Source: Polyangiaceae bacterium
GTDB lineage: Bacteria > Myxococcota_A > Polyangia > Polyangiales > Polyangiaceae
Length of the DNA stretch: 64,000 bases
NCBI GenBank assembly: GCA_044376115.1
Contig: JBILLK010000014.1
Location: forward strand, 96,001 to 160,000
Direction: 5' to 3'
A model generated the notes under the pieces. It searched no databases, was not told where the DNA came from, and saw only the letters and a list, made by a program, of their open reading frames with translations. The stretch's first letter is position 1, and each line of letters begins with the position of its first letter. The translations under genes and the position numbers were made by a program. Positions 1 to 9,588 of this stretch are shown in pieces.

Positions 1-2482
1 TCTTCAAGATGCAGGGCGACCGCACCTCGACACCATGGCGTTGGGCGTCCTGCACAATGCTTGAAGGACTATAAAAGCCCATGGGCTGAGCGTTGAGCAG
101 CGAGCAGGCAAATACGCCTGGATGATGCGTCTTTAGCCAAGCGGAAGCATAAACGATTAAAGCAAAACTAGCGGCATGGGACTCCGGGAAGCCGTACTCG
201 CCAAACCCCTGGATCTGCTTGAAGAGCGCCTCTCCGAACTCCTCAGTTATTCCGCGCCGGGAAAAGCCCGCAAGCAACTTATCGCGATGACGTTCGAGCC
301 GCCCATGCTTCTTCCAAGCAGCCATATCACGTCGCAGCTGGTCGGCCTCGCCTGCGCTGTAGTCGGCGCCGACCATGGCTATTTGCATGACCTGCTCTTG
401 AAATAGCGGGACACCGAGCGTTCGCTCGAGGATGCCCTCGAGACACGGGTGAGGTGCACGCGCAGGCTCCTGGCCGGTCCTCCTACGCAAGTAAGGGTGC
501 ACCATCCCACCTTGAATGGGGCCTGGCCGCACGATCGCCACCTCGATCACGAGGTCATAAAAACACTTGGGCTTGAGCCGCGGGAGCATCGACATTTGTG
601 CGCGGCTCTCAATCTGAAATACACCCACGGTGTCGGCTCGACCAATTGCCTCATACGTCTTTGGGTCTTCCGCCGGTATGCGAGATACGACCTCGAGCGG
701 ATCGAACAACTCCTCCGCGCTCGACCGAATGGCGGGATCGAGCCCAAGCTCATGGAGCAAGGCCAGACTCTTACGAACGCAGGTCAACATGCCAAGGCCG
801 AGCACATCCATCTTGAAGAACCCCAGCGTATCGAGGTCATCCTTGTCCCAGGGGATGACGGTTCTTCCCTCCATGCGGCCAGGCTCGACAGGGGCCACGT
901 GGTCGAGCGGCTCGGCACTCAAAATGAACCCACCGACGTGAATGCCCAGGTGTCTCGGCGTTCCCTCGAGCAGCTTGGCCACGTGGATCGTCTTTAGCAG
1001 CCGCTCTTCCTTTGGATCGAGCCCGAGCTCCTTCACCAGAGCCTCTGTCACGTCCGCCAAATCATAACGGAGCACCAGCCCCGTCAAGCGATCGAGCTGA
1101 TCACTCGATAGGCCGAAGACCTTCCCCACCTCGCGCAGCGAGCTTCTCCCGCGATAGCATATTACTTCACAGACCATCGCGGAGCGGTCCCTGCCGTAGG
1201 TGGAATAGATCTCCTGAATTACCTCTTCCCTTCGTTCATGTTCGAAGTCTACGTCTATATCTGGCGGCTCAGCTCGCTCGGCGGAAAGAAACCGCTCAAA
1301 AAGCAGATTTGACCGAGCTGGATCAACCGCCGTAATGGACAGTGCAAAACAGACCGCACTATTGGCAGCGCTACCTCGCCCCTGGCAGAGGATCCGTTTG
1401 CGCTTCGCCATCTGCACCACCTCATAGACACTTAAAAAATAGGGCGCCACCCCGAGCTTGGCGATGAGTGCCAGCTCCTTGTTGCATTGCTCCACCACCG
1501 ATGCGGGAGGCCCTGCGGACCACACTGGCGGAGCGTAGCGAGCACGCAGCCCTGCCTCTGTCATCCTACGCAAGGTGTTGTCAGGCGTTTCTCCTTCGAG
1601 ACAATACTGGTTGCACGGAAACTGATAGCGTAACTCCGCAAAAGAGAAGGTCAGCCCCTCGGCCAGCTCCCCTGCCCTGTACACCCACTCTGGGTGATCA
1701 CGGAATAGCGCCAACATTTGCTCCTCATTGCGGAGCCTTGCCTCAGCATTCACCAGTAGAGAGCGCCCAGCTTGATCCAACGTTTGCTTGCGACGAATGC
1801 ACGCCACCGCGTCGCAAAGGACCCGACGACTCGCACAGTGAAAAAGTGGACGCATGGTCGCGAACGGCTTGGCAGAGAGCTGCTCCGCGAGCCATGTGCC
1901 ACAACTCGCGCGGTCACCATCCAGGCCGTCCAGCGCGCGATGAATGGCCACGTGTGTCTGACCTGCGAACGCGGCTAGAACCGCGGCCCATTCAGGAGCC
2001 CAATCCCTAGGCGCAAGCCCACCCGCAGAGAGCAGCTCTGCGTCTACACCAAAGACCAATTCAAGCCCCGCTGAGCTTTCCGCGAGATGACGCAGGTCAA
2101 GTCGTGCAATGCCCTTCTCATACGGCTGGTGAGAGAGCGTCAAAAGCCGACACAGGTTGCGATAACCAGCATGGGTGCGCAAAAGAAGAATCACGCGTAA
2201 CGGCATCCCCGGTAACCAACTGGGGTACCCCGCTCCTGAAGGCACGTGCGCGTCCACGCCAGCATAGGCGATCGTCAGCTCCGCACCGCTGATCAGCCGG
2301 CCCCCATTTTCCTTCGCCTCGCGATAGGCTCTTACTAAACCGTAGATACCGTCTCTATCAGCGATACCCAAAGCAGGCATGCCTAGCTCTCGCGCACGTG
2401 TAATCAGCTCTTCCGGGTGGGAGGCCCCCTCGAGGAACGAAAAGTTACTCCGCGCACAGAGTTCTACAAACGGAGGCCTCAT
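1..2482 (-). CDS. dnaE2: Error-prone DNA polymerase III alpha subunit (DnaE2/ImuC); runs off the left edge
   Basis: Absent from the ORF track (no stop in window). Manual translation from ATG at 2482 gives [26 protein letters not shown] (PHP domain), then [36 protein letters not shown] and [12 protein letters not shown]. Directly downstream of imuB. Confidence 0.95.
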   Translation of the reverse strand, partial: MRPPFVELCARSNFSFLEGASHPEELITRARELGMPALGIADRDGIYGLVRAYREAKENGGRLISGAELTIAYAGVDAHVPSGAGYPSWLPGMPLRVILLLRTHAGYRNLCRLLTLSHQPYEKGIARLDLRHLAESSAGLELVFGVDAELLSAGGLAPRDWAPEWAAVLAAFAGQTHVAIHRALDGLDGDRASCGTWLAEQLSAKPFATMRPLFHCASRRVLCDAVACIRRKQTLDQAGRSLLVNAEARLRNEEQMLALFRDHPEWVYRAGELAEGLTFSFAELRYQFPCNQYCLEGETPDNTLRRMTEAGLRARYAPPVWSAGPPASVVEQCNKELALIAKLGVAPYFLSVYEVVQMAKRKRILCQGRGSAANSAVCFALSITAVDPARSNLLFERFLSAERAEPPDIDVDFEHERREEVIQEIYSTYGRDRSAMVCEVICYRGRSSLREVGKVFGLSSDQLDRLTGLVLRYDLADVTEALVKELGLDPKEERLLKTIHVAKLLEGTPRHLGIHVGGFILSAEPLDHVAPVEPGRMEGRTVIPWDKDDLDTLGFFKMDVLGLGMLTCVRKSLALLHELGLDPAIRSSAEELFDPLEVVSRIPAEDPKTYEAIGRADTVGVFQIESRAQMSMLPRLKPKCFYDLVIEVAIVRPGPIQGGMVHPYLRRRTGQEPARAPHPCLEGILERTLGVPLFQEQVMQIAMVGADYSAGEADQLRRDMAAWKKHGRLERHRDKLLAGFSRRGITEEFGEALFKQIQGFGEYGFPESHAASFALIVYASAWLKTHHPGVFACSLLNAQPMGFYSPSSIVQDAQRHGVEVRSPCILK

Positions 2483-2494
2483 TGGGCAACCCGC

Positions 2495-4369
2495 TCATTC
2501 CCAGAAGCCGTGCAAAAAGGCTTCTCCGGTTTTCCTATCGATATATATCCAAGCCAGGATGGTCGCGGCTGACTCTGCACTCCGCTTCGTGCTTGCGGGA
2601 AGCTCCAGCTCTACACGCAGATAGTCTCTGCTGGGGCTTACCTTGGTCCACCACACGACGGAATCCATCCGCCGGTCAAACTGAACACTACGAATGGTAA
2701 ACGTCTCTGAATCGATGACCAACGTCCCGCCGCTCTTCAAGAAGTTCGAAGAGCCGCGCTTGGAGCCATCCCTGGTTGCGCCAAAAGGGCCAAGTGCCAC
2801 TGGCGTGGGTAATAACCTCGAGGGCTCTTCAGGCTTTGGAACGGAAAACTTCAGATCGGTTTGAGCCTTCACGCTTGCTCGACGAGCCGTGCGAGCGCGG
2901 TTCTCACTGAGCACGTTGGACCACTCCAGGCGAGCCCCATGCTCAGGACGATGATCATCCTCGAGCTTCAACATGCCGACTCGCTCGGCGCCGAGCTCTG
3001 CGGATAACTCGGACAAGAGGGCTGGTAACGCCTCTGGGCTCACTCTGGAAGCTCGCGAAAGATCCAGTTGCAGGGCTGGAGCCTCCATCAAACGTGACAA
3101 GGATAAGTCCAAGGCAACACAAGGCGCCAAGAGGCTCAGTGTTTCAACCTTGGCCTTGATCGCCCGAAACAGATCCTCCGTTGAGGAAAGCGGAGCCGGC
3201 AAATCCACCGAAAGGGCAACGCGCGTCACGTCCTCCACGAGGTTGGAGACCCGCCAGTTTGATGCGCGCGCAGACGCCTCCGCCGCAGAGAACCGCGCCA
3301 TCGTCTTGTCGTAATGAAGCACTATATCGATACGGTTGGTCGCCTGCCTCCTACCGGTCAAGCGACTGGACAACCGGGAGATCATCCCTCGAATTGCAAA
3401 AACCAACTGAGGTGCAGTCTCCACGCCGTCCTCAAAGACCATCTTGTCCGTAAGTACGACCGCTGGTGAAAATGGCACGAGCGGCCGCGGATCATAGCCT
3501 TGTAACCAACGCATCACGAGTTCGGCTGGCTCTACCCCCAACAAAGCAACCAACCGAGAAGAAAGCTGCGCCCGATCAATCAACATTAAATCATACAGCG
3601 TAAAAACCCCGAGCCGCGCAAACGTCTCGACCAAGGGGCTTGCTTGCGTTGGCACGAGCAACTCTTTTGCCGGTAGCCATTCACTATCCGGGATGGCTTG
3701 GAGGGAAAGGGCGCGACTGAGCGAAGACAGCGGCAACGGAGCGATAGCACTCTTACTCGCGCCTTCTTCAGCGATGCGTTGGACCCCCGGATAGATAGAT
3801 GAATAGCGCGCGAGAGCCTGTGCGTGGAAGGCCCCGTCTGCGAGACCCACCTCAACACGTGTTGACCGGCCAGCCGCAGACAGCCATTGGCCAATACGCT
3901 GCTGCATGGCCTCGAGCAGGCCGGTTTCTCCGCCGAAGAGGTGCGCGCCTCCCGAAACATCTACCCAAAGAGTGTCCTCAAAGGCGACTTCAACTGGGGT
4001 GCCAAAGCCCATGACGACCTCAGCGAGCTCCCCAAGGGCCTGCACCAGCCGCCCGGGTGGCAAATGCACATAACGAACGTTTGCCGAGCGAGCCATAGCA
4101 GCGGAAACGCGCATCCCAGGCCGAATACCGAGAGAGGCGGCCTTGTCATCAACAGCAGAAACCCAGCTTGTGCCCGCAGGCCCCGCGCCGACTCTTTCTG
4201 TGGAAGCAAGCGCTGGTTCTTCAGCATAGAGGACGGCAAGTCCACTCGCTTTGGCAGCCCCATCCCCCTGCGGAGACAAATCAACCGCTCCGCCTGCATG
4301 GTGTTGGCGCGCAAGCTCACATGCGAGCTGCGGAAGAACGACAGCAGCCAAACGCCTCACACTGAACAT
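2495..4369 (-). CDS. imuB: ImuB, Y-family polymerase-like mutasome scaffold
   Basis: GIRPGM..A, DTLWVDVSGGAHLFGGE, C-terminal WW...RDY..WIY..GFWE tail. Sits between imuA and dnaE2. Start is ATG 4369 or GTG 4360 rather than 4465. Confidence 0.88.
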   Translation of the reverse strand: MFSVRRLAAVVLPQLACELARQHHAGGAVDLSPQGDGAAKASGLAVLYAEEPALASTERVGAGPAGTSWVSAVDDKAASLGIRPGMRVSAAMARSANVRYVHLPPGRLVQALGELAEVVMGFGTPVEVAFEDTLWVDVSGGAHLFGGETGLLEAMQQRIGQWLSAAGRSTRVEVGLADGAFHAQALARYSSIYPGVQRIAEEGASKSAIAPLPLSSLSRALSLQAIPDSEWLPAKELLVPTQASPLVETFARLGVFTLYDLMLIDRAQLSSRLVALLGVEPAELVMRWLQGYDPRPLVPFSPAVVLTDKMVFEDGVETAPQLVFAIRGMISRLSSRLTGRRQATNRIDIVLHYDKTMARFSAAEASARASNWRVSNLVEDVTRVALSVDLPAPLSSTEDLFRAIKAKVETLSLLAPCVALDLSLSRLMEAPALQLDLSRASRVSPEALPALLSELSAELGAERVGMLKLEDDHRPEHGARLEWSNVLSENRARTARRASVKAQTDLKFSVPKPEEPSRLLPTPVALGPFGATRDGSKRGSSNFLKSGGTLVIDSETFTIRSVQFDRRMDSVVWWTKVSPSRDYLRVELELPASTKRSAESAATILAWIYIDRKTGEAFLHGFWE

Positions 4370-4377
4370 CTGAGCAT
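4361..4377 (-). promoter_or_regulatory. Candidate SOS/LexA-type operator at the imuB start (ATGCTCAGATGTTCAGT)
   Basis: Shares ATGCTnAnnnGTTCAGT with the site at 5272-5288 and is immediately followed by GTG AGG. Confidence 0.5.
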
Positions 4378-4392
4378 ATAACAGTAGCGAGA

Positions 4393-5271
4393 TCAACCGG
4401 CCAACGCAGCTTGGATGGCTGGCGCAACGCGACCGAAGCGATCTTTGGCAACCTTGACCAGCCACCGTTTGGGCGCTGGGCTCTCCACCTCCAAGCGGAG
4501 GGAGACGGGCAGCGGGAGTGCACGACGCTGGGCGCTGTCTGTGAGTAGCAGAATGGTGGTGTCAGCACGTTCAACCGCAAGCGCGAGACGCCGAACCACC
4601 GTGCCCCAGCGATCGAGAGAGACGGTTGACCACTGGCCCTTCTGAGCCGCACCTGGAACACCTGCGGTGTCCACCACAATCACCGCAAAGGCGTGACTCT
4701 CGGCCATTCTGACGACCACCCGCGACAAGGCCTCCAAGGGAGGTCTCACGACGATCAAACGTGTTGGGTCGACGCGGTGAGAAAGAAGTGCCGGCCCATG
4801 AAGCGTGCCCCACGGGTCGACGAAGGCGCACATCGCCCCGAGCGTTCTCTCATCACCCCCGCGCGATCGGGCTTCAGCTTGGGCCGAAGCACAGGCCGCT
4901 AAACCAAGCGAAGTAATGCGACCAAGCCCACGATAGGCGCTCACTTCCACAACGGCTCCACGAGGAAGCCCACCGTCTGGAAGGACCTGATCCAAGGAAG
5001 GGCCGCCTCCCACCGGCTGGACTTGAGAAGACAGCCACGTCCGCTCAACCCTGGCCGCAGCAGGAGCCCGATCAAAGTGCAGAACCTCTGCGCTGGACGC
5101 AGGCTCCGCCTGCCGAACCCAAACCCCTGGGATCCCGCTCGCTAAATGACTCGTGCCAAGTCGAAGCTCCACCGGGGCCTTCGGCCGCTTTAATCGAAGA
5201 GGGCCCGAGTCATTCTGTTCACTGCATCCGCCTTCGGCGGAATTAAGAAGATCAGGTGCGGAGGCCCTCAT
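4393..5271 (-). CDS. imuA: ImuA, RecA-like mutasome protein
   Basis: LDQVLPDGGLPRGAVVEV, degenerate Walker A, AFVDP..L..P.L...VDP.RL, RRLALAVE. First gene of the imuA-imuB-dnaE2 cassette; probable start ATG 5271. Confidence 0.85.
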   Translation of the reverse strand: MRASAPDLLNSAEGGCSEQNDSGPLRLKRPKAPVELRLGTSHLASGIPGVWVRQAEPASSAEVLHFDRAPAAARVERTWLSSQVQPVGGGPSLDQVLPDGGLPRGAVVEVSAYRGLGRITSLGLAACASAQAEARSRGGDERTLGAMCAFVDPWGTLHGPALLSHRVDPTRLIVVRPPLEALSRVVVRMAESHAFAVIVVDTAGVPGAAQKGQWSTVSLDRWGTVVRRLALAVERADTTILLLTDSAQRRALPLPVSLRLEVESPAPKRWLVKVAKDRFGRVAPAIQAALAG

Positions 5272-5288
5272 ACTGAACGGATTAGCAT
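5272..5288 (-). promoter_or_regulatory. Candidate SOS/LexA-type operator at the imuA start (ATGCTAATCCGTTCAGT)
   Basis: Abuts ATG AGG of imuA; partly resembles the Myxococcus LexA box, which ends in GTTCAG. Confidence 0.55.
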
Positions 5289-5411
5289 CTATGGCGTTGA
5301 TTGCCAATCCTGGCCCCACCGGAGAGCTGACATTGATTGTCCTGCCTAAGGGGTCTCACTTTTTGCGCCATCCAGCTTTGGTGAACCCAAAGCAGTCGTA
5401 TCCTGCCGCCC

Positions 5412-6485
5412 GTGAAACTCCCTGTCTCGCCCCCGGTCGAACCGATGTTGGCCAACCGCCTCACCGCCGTTCCTGAGCAAGAAGGCTTGCTGTTTGAACC
5501 GAAGTGGGACGGCTTCCGAACGCTCGTTTTCCGCGACGGCGACGAGCTTGTCTTGCAAAGCCGCGACAAGAAGCCGATGGGCCGCTACTTCCCCGACCTC
5601 GACGAGCCGCTCCGCAAGTGGCTGCCCGAGCGAGCGGTCCTCGATGGCGAGATCGTGATTGAGCGCAACGGCGCCCTCGACTTCGAGGCGATGCAACTGC
5701 GACTTCATCCAGCGGCCTCCCGCGTAAAGATGTTGGCCGAGGAGACCCCTGCGGCGATCGTCTTCTGGGACCTGCTTGCGCTCGGCGATGACAGCCTGAT
5801 GCAGACGCCGTTCGAGCAACGAAGGCGCAAACTCGAAGAGGTGCTGAAGCTCGCAGAAGCGCCGGTCTACATCACGCCGGCGACGAGTGACCGCACGCTC
5901 GCGACCGAGTGGTTTCACCGCTTCGAGGGCGCTGGGCTCGACGGCATCATGGCCAAGCCGAAAGACGGCCTCTACCAGCCGGGCAAGCGCGCGATGTTCA
6001 AGGTGAAGCATGAGCGCACCTGCGATTGTGTGATCGCCGGCTTTCGCTGGCACAAGGATGGGAAAGGCACCCTGGTAGGGAGCCTCGTGCTTGCGCTCTA
6101 CGATGACCAAGGAGTGCTGCACTCGGTGGGAGTCGCCGCGAGCTTCACGGCCGCCAAACGCAAAGAGTTGGTGAGCTTTCTTGCGCCCTACCGCGAGGGC
6201 GCGAAGGAGAGCCACCCGTGGAAGGAGTGGTCGGCAGCTGACGCTGCTGGTCGTCGCCCTGACATGAAGAGTCGATGGAACGCTAACAAGAGCCTCGACT
6301 GGGAACCGCTGCGCATCGAGCTCGTGTGTGAGGTGGCCTACGATCACATGCAGGGCTCTCGCTTCCGCCACACGGCGCAGTTCCGACGCTTTCGCAGCGA
6401 CCGCACGCCCGAGAGTTGCAACTACTCCCAACTCGAGGTGACACCGCCCGAGGAGCTCTCGCAGATCTTGCGAAAGAAGCTCTAA
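5412..6485 (+). CDS. ligC: ATP-dependent DNA ligase, LigC type
   Basis: EPKWDGFR adenylation motif, VLDGEIV, GLDGIMAK, KVKHERTCDCV, FRHTAQF; about 357 aa minimal ligase. Confidence 0.9.
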   Translation: MKLPVSPPVEPMLANRLTAVPEQEGLLFEPKWDGFRTLVFRDGDELVLQSRDKKPMGRYFPDLDEPLRKWLPERAVLDGEIVIERNGALDFEAMQLRLHPAASRVKMLAEETPAAIVFWDLLALGDDSLMQTPFEQRRRKLEEVLKLAEAPVYITPATSDRTLATEWFHRFEGAGLDGIMAKPKDGLYQPGKRAMFKVKHERTCDCVIAGFRWHKDGKGTLVGSLVLALYDDQGVLHSVGVAASFTAAKRKELVSFLAPYREGAKESHPWKEWSAADAAGRRPDMKSRWNANKSLDWEPLRIELVCEVAYDHMQGSRFRHTAQFRRFRSDRTPESCNYSQLEVTPPEELSQILRKKL

Positions 6486-6489
6486 GCGT

Positions 6490-7764
6490 TCAGCGGAAGG
6501 TGTGCGTGCTTTCGTTCGGGTCGGGCGTTGCCTGTGCCGGGCGGAGTTCGCTCGGCACGTTGCGCAGGTTGACCCGGATGCGCGTCCACGTGGATGAGCG
6601 CCCGCGCATGCTGTCGACCAGGACGTCCTCCTCGGCAACGTGTGCGGCCGCCTGCGGATGCCGCTGCTTCCAGCGCTCGAGCCCGAGCAAAGCGTCCTCT
6701 TTGCGTTGCGCGTTGGCGATGATCAGGATCGGTATGGGTGCACGGGCATTCGTTGCGCCGCCGCGCGCGCGCGAGGGAGCAACGCGCGGCGCTTCTTGCG
6801 CGCCTTTGGGATGATGAGGCGGCCACGGCGCATCGGGTAAGCCCTTCGCGTCGTCATGCTCTGCCAGCGCAAGCAGCTCCTGAATCGACCCGGCAGTCTC
6901 ATTCAGCTGGCGAGCAGGGTCACCCAACGACAGCAAGCGCGCCGGCACCGAACGGACCGTAAACGCGGCAGGATCACAGTCGGGCACCTCCTCCCAAAAG
7001 AGCGGCGTGGAGACTCGTGCATCGGGTAAAGGCCGCACGGAGTACGCCGAGGCGGTGGTCTTGTCCTTGGCGTTCTGGTTGTAGTCGATGAAGACGCCGT
7101 GACGCTCTTCCTTCCACCACTTGCTGGTCGCGAGCTTGGGCACCCGCCGCTCGACCTCACGAGCAAGCGCGAGGGCAGCACGCCGAACCTCCTCGAAGCC
7201 GAAGCGCGGCTCGATGCGAACGAGAATGTGCATTCCTCGTGAACCGCTGGTCTTCGGGAAGCCGCGCAAGCCGAGTTCGTCGAGCAGCTTTTTCACCTCC
7301 AGCGCGACGAGCCGCACGTCAGCGAACGGCACCCCAGGCCCAGGATCGAGGTCGATGCGCAGCTCATCCGGATGCTCGAGATCGCGCGAGCGAACGGCGT
7401 GCGGATGCAACTCGATGCAGCCCAGATTGACCACGTAAGCGAGCCCCGCAGCATCGTCGATGACCAGCTCCTCGGCCGTGCGCCCCGATGGGAACGCGAG
7501 TTCAACCGTGCGCAACCACTCGGGTCGAGGCTTGGGCGCACGCTTTTGGTAGAAGGCTTCACCTGCGGCACCATTCACGTAGCGCTTGAGCACGAGCGGA
7601 CGATCGCGAATGCCCAAGAGCGCCCCCTCGGCGACCGCGAGATAGTAGTCGACCAGCTCCAGCTTGGAGATCCCGGCCTCGCGAAAGTAGAGCTTGCTTG
7701 GATGAGTGACTCGCAGCTCACGGTCGCCAACCGACAAGATGTGCGGCGCCTCTTCTTTCGTCAC
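6490..7764 (-). CDS. Stand-alone LigD-type primase-polymerase (Prim-PolC-like) with C-terminal extension
   Basis: FYQKRAP, HPDELRIDLDP, KTSGSRGMH, VFIDYNQN, ASAYSVR. Convergent with ligC; probable GTG start at 7764. Confidence 0.9.
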   Translation of the reverse strand: MTKEEAPHILSVGDRELRVTHPSKLYFREAGISKLELVDYYLAVAEGALLGIRDRPLVLKRYVNGAAGEAFYQKRAPKPRPEWLRTVELAFPSGRTAEELVIDDAAGLAYVVNLGCIELHPHAVRSRDLEHPDELRIDLDPGPGVPFADVRLVALEVKKLLDELGLRGFPKTSGSRGMHILVRIEPRFGFEEVRRAALALAREVERRVPKLATSKWWKEERHGVFIDYNQNAKDKTTASAYSVRPLPDARVSTPLFWEEVPDCDPAAFTVRSVPARLLSLGDPARQLNETAGSIQELLALAEHDDAKGLPDAPWPPHHPKGAQEAPRVAPSRARGGATNARAPIPILIIANAQRKEDALLGLERWKQRHPQAAAHVAEEDVLVDSMRGRSSTWTRIRVNLRNVPSELRPAQATPDPNESTHTFR

Positions 7765-7843
7765 GGCCGTACGATAGCAAACGCCGAGCAGCACTCGAAT
7801 AGCCCGCCTACCTTGCGTGTGCAGGCTCCGCTACACTCGGCTC

Positions 7844-9586
7844 GTGGACGGAAAAAGGCGCGCGCTCGATTTTCTTGAAGAGCTCAAAGAACTGACCTTG
7901 CTCGACGAAGGGGACCCACAGGCCTTTCGCGTGAGAGCCTACGAGAGCGCCATTCACGGCATTGAAGCGCTCACCGCGGACCCGTCGCGCATGACCGCCA
8001 CCGAGCTGACCAAGATCGATGGTATCGGCAAGAGCACCGCGGCCAAGCTCCGCGAACTCTTCGACACAGGGAAGGTCGAGAAGCTGACGGAGCTGCGGCT
8101 CAAACACCCACAGTCTGTCGTGAAGTTGATGAAGGTTCCCGGCGTAGGGCCAAAGATGGTGGCCAAGCTACGAAAAGAGGCTGGGGTCGACTCGCTCGAT
8201 GCCCTCAAGCAGGCCGTGGCCGAAGGACGGCTGCAAGGCATCAAGGGCTTTGGCAAGAAGACCGAGGAGAACCTCGCCAAGTCCCTCGAAAGAATGGCGA
8301 GGGCCGGGGATGACAGCCGCACACCCATCTCGGTTGCACTGCCGCTCGCGCGACGCCTCGTCGCCGAACTTTCGGGGCTTCCAGGCGCTAAAGCCGCACA
8401 CTTCTGCGGCAGCTTGCGGCGCTTCTCGGAGACCGTTGGGGATCTGGATATCGTCGTGGTCTCGGACGCGCCCGTGCCGATCATGGACTACGTCGCCGCG
8501 ATGCCCTTCGTTGCCGAGGTGCTAGCGAAGGGCGAAGCAAAAACGAGCGTGGTCACCCAGCGCGGTCTTCAGATCGACGTGCGGGTGGTGAAGGAGCACG
8601 AGCTCGGCGCAGCGCTGCTTTATTTCACCGGCAGCAAGAGCCACAACATCAAGCTACGTGAGCGTGCCATCGCTCGAGGGCTGACGCTCAATGAGTACGC
8701 GCTCAGCGAGATCGCCACGGGCAAGGTCGTCGCGAGCCACACCGAGGCCGACATTTATGCAGCGCTCGGCCTTCAGTGGATTCACCCCGTGTTGCGCGAA
8801 GACAAGGGTGAGATCGCCGCGGCCGAGGCGGGTACCCTTCCGCCTTTGCTTCCGGAGCTAAGCAACGCCGGGGATTTCCACGTCCACACGGCTCTCTCGG
8901 GAGACGGGCACGCCGAGCTCGACGACCTGGTGAACGCAGCCGAAGCGCGCGGCTACTCCTTCCTGGCCATCACCGAGCACGCCGAGAACCTTTCGATGAT
9001 CGGCGTCAAGCGCGCAGCCCTCGAGGTGCAGCAGCAGGACCTCGCGCAGAAGCAAAAGACGACCGCAGTGAAGCTGCTGTTCGGCGCCGAGCTCAACATC
9101 GGCAAGGACGGCTCTCTCGACTACGACGACGACTTCCGCAGCCGTTTCGACTTTTGCCTAGCCTCGATTCACGACCACTTCGATCTCACGCGGGAGCAAC
9201 AGACTGCGCGGGTGGTCCGCGCGATGGAGGACCGCAACATCCACATGATCGGTCACCTTACGGCGCGCATGATTGGTGCTCGGCCGCCGATCGACCTCGA
9301 CATCAACGCTGTGCTCGATGCGGCGGAGCGAACCGGGACGGCCCTCGAAGTGAACGGCGGATTGCCACGGCTCGACCTCACGGTCGACATCTTGCGCGCG
9401 CTGCGAGGTCGCAACATTCGCGTCGTGTTGACCAGCGACGCACATCGCACGAACGAACTCGATCGCGTCGACAACGCCGCGCTTCACACGATGCGCGCGT
9501 GGGTCGGCACGGACCAGGTCGTAAACTTTTGGCAGCGTGAGGAGATTGAGCGCTGGTTAGGGGACAAGCGCTCACGAGCCGCCTAG
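7844..9586 (+). CDS. polX: DNA polymerase X / PHP-domain exonuclease
   Basis: HhH motifs (IDGIGK, VPGVGPK), GSLRR..ETVGDLD, QIDVR, YFTGSK; PHP motifs DFHVHT, ITEH, TSDAH. Confidence 0.93.
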   Translation: MDGKRRALDFLEELKELTLLDEGDPQAFRVRAYESAIHGIEALTADPSRMTATELTKIDGIGKSTAAKLRELFDTGKVEKLTELRLKHPQSVVKLMKVPGVGPKMVAKLRKEAGVDSLDALKQAVAEGRLQGIKGFGKKTEENLAKSLERMARAGDDSRTPISVALPLARRLVAELSGLPGAKAAHFCGSLRRFSETVGDLDIVVVSDAPVPIMDYVAAMPFVAEVLAKGEAKTSVVTQRGLQIDVRVVKEHELGAALLYFTGSKSHNIKLRERAIARGLTLNEYALSEIATGKVVASHTEADIYAALGLQWIHPVLREDKGEIAAAEAGTLPPLLPELSNAGDFHVHTALSGDGHAELDDLVNAAEARGYSFLAITEHAENLSMIGVKRAALEVQQQDLAQKQKTTAVKLLFGAELNIGKDGSLDYDDDFRSRFDFCLASIHDHFDLTREQQTARVVRAMEDRNIHMIGHLTARMIGARPPIDLDINAVLDAAERTGTALEVNGGLPRLDLTVDILRALRGRNIRVVLTSDAHRTNELDRVDNAALHTMRAWVGTDQVVNFWQREEIERWLGDKRSRAA

Positions 9587-9588
9587 TC

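Noticed and set aside
176..2292. Several short plus-strand ORFs at the left end
   Set aside because: The region is explained by dnaE2 on the minus strand, which the ORF track missed because it runs off the window.
5346..6638. 430-aa minus-strand ORF
   Set aside because: Antisense shadow of ligC.
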